Of a stretch of 64,000 bases of DNA, positions 63,214 to 64,000 are shown in pieces (positions within the stretch are counted from its first letter, which is position 1; each line of letters starts with the position of its first letter). The stretch spans positions 192,001-256,000 of the forward strand of contig JAIPGM010000001.1 of the NCBI GenBank assembly GCA_021735655.1, in the 5' to 3' direction. The notes under the pieces were generated by a model that saw only the letters and a list, made by a program, of their open reading frames with translations, searched no databases and had not been told where the DNA came from. The DNA is from Candidatus Omnitrophota bacterium. Its GTDB lineage: Bacteria; Omnitrophota; Gorgyraeia; Duberdicusellales; 4484-171. A program made the translations under genes and the position numbers.

Positions 63214-64000
63214 TGAAAATAGCCTTAATACATCCATTGTATCGACATAAAATATTTTCCGAGAATTTACGGGTTGTTGATGAAGAGTTTTGTCAGGCAC
63301 CGCCGATAATTTTGGCTTATGTTGCGTCTATTTTACGCCAAGCTGGTCACAAAGTAATTTTAATAGATGCTTACACCCTTAGGCTTTCAAAAAAGAAGGT
63401 TTTGGGTATTTTGCGTAATTTCAAGCCAGATTTTCTTGGGTTTCGGTTGGAATCTTACCATTTTCATAACACTCTTGACTGGATAAAAACTTTAAAGTCG
63501 GAGTTGGGTATTCCAATCATAGTTGGCGGAATCAATCTAAAATTATATCTTAAAGAGTCACTTTTTTATCAGGAGATAGATTACGGCATCTTGGATGATG
63601 CCCTGGAGAGTTTGCCTAAGCTTCTTCGGGCTTTGGCCGAAAGCAGAGACCTTAGAACTATAGAAGGTCTTGCCTATCGGCATAAGGGAAAACTGATGAT
63701 TAACCCGCCTTCCGATAAAGCCATCGGCTTTGACAATTTTCCTTTTCCGGCCCGGGATTTACTTCCTAACGATAAATATGTTTCTTTTCTTTCAAAGAGA
63801 AAGAATTTTACGATTATGGTTACTAGCCGGGGTTGTCCGTATAATTGTTATTTTTGCGCGATTTCTAACAGCCAGGTTTATGAGGAAAGGTCAGCCCAAA
63901 ACGTCGTTGACGAAATCGAAGAGTGCTACCATAAATATAATATTCGTGAGATAGACTTTTTTGACGCCACATTCTTTTTTAATAAGAAAAGATTTTTCGA
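63213..64000 (+). CDS. B12-binding radical SAM (class B) enzyme, 3'-partial
   Basis: TAATG overlap start at 63213; no stop occurs before the window end. The B12-binding-like N-terminus is IALIHPLYRHK...APPIILAYVASILRQAGHKVILIDAY. The rSAM motif is TSRGCPYNCYFC (~63823-63860). Confidence 0.75.
   Translation, partial: MKIALIHPLYRHKIFSENLRVVDEEFCQAPPIILAYVASILRQAGHKVILIDAYTLRLSKKKVLGILRNFKPDFLGFRLESYHFHNTLDWIKTLKSELGIPIIVGGINLKLYLKESLFYQEIDYGILDDALESLPKLLRALAESRDLRTIEGLAYRHKGKLMINPPSDKAIGFDNFPFPARDLLPNDKYVSFLSKRKNFTIMVTSRGCPYNCYFCAISNSQVYEERSAQNVVDEIEECYHKYNIREIDFFDATFFFNKKRFF

Noticed and set aside
1-64000. Mobile elements, CRISPR arrays, rRNA/tRNA genes
   Set aside because: No transposase or integrase motifs (DDE, Tyr-recombinase RxxR…HxxR…Y), no regularly spaced direct repeats, and no rRNA-like conserved blocks or tRNA cloverleaf candidates were seen on either strand. 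GC and codon style look uniform across the window, so there is no obvious horizontally acquired island boundary.

Overview
Low-GC (~35%) bacterial window that is almost entirely coding: about 50 genes, 47 on the + strand, many with ATGA/TAATG start-stop overlaps indicating long translationally coupled operons. No rRNA, tRNA, CRISPR, transposase or integrase was recognised. The first 4.8 kb encode an Opp/Dpp-type oligopeptide ABC importer. From about 4.9 kb onward the window is one large envelope-glycan locus. It contains a Glf-like flavoenzyme, a Wzm/Wzt ABC-2 exporter whose Wzt carries four copies of a ~100-aa module, a second ABC-2 exporter, GT4 and GT2 glycosyltransferases, three PMT/ArnT-like GT-C enzymes, two tandem-duplicated 644-aa GT-C-like membrane proteins and a Dlt-like carrier-protein acylation system. 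This locus is saturated with radical SAM (rSAM) enzymes: 14 rSAM domains in 12 genes (6 B12-binding class-B domains, 7 SPASM/twitch-type domains, 1 HemN-like). They include a 1284-aa triple rSAM/SPASM fusion and a 1052-aa double B12-rSAM fusion. At 33.0-40.8 kb sits a RiPP-like or cofactor-like cassette. It comprises a PqqD-family peptide chaperone, an rSAM/SPASM enzyme, an unannotated 57-aa small ORF ending GCGCCGCCCCW, an HprK-related kinase, a secreted protein, an ER-type S26 peptidase-like fusion, a B12-rSAM, and on the opposite strand a nucleotidyltransferase and a further rSAM/SPASM. A larE-larB-larC nickel-pincer-nucleotide cofactor operon is followed by a DUF362 protein that aligns with LarA over its catalytic-core segment. 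The gene content (rSAM, B12, Ni-pincer) points to an anaerobe, probably uncultivated. All functional calls come from reading motifs in the translations; no database search was possible.
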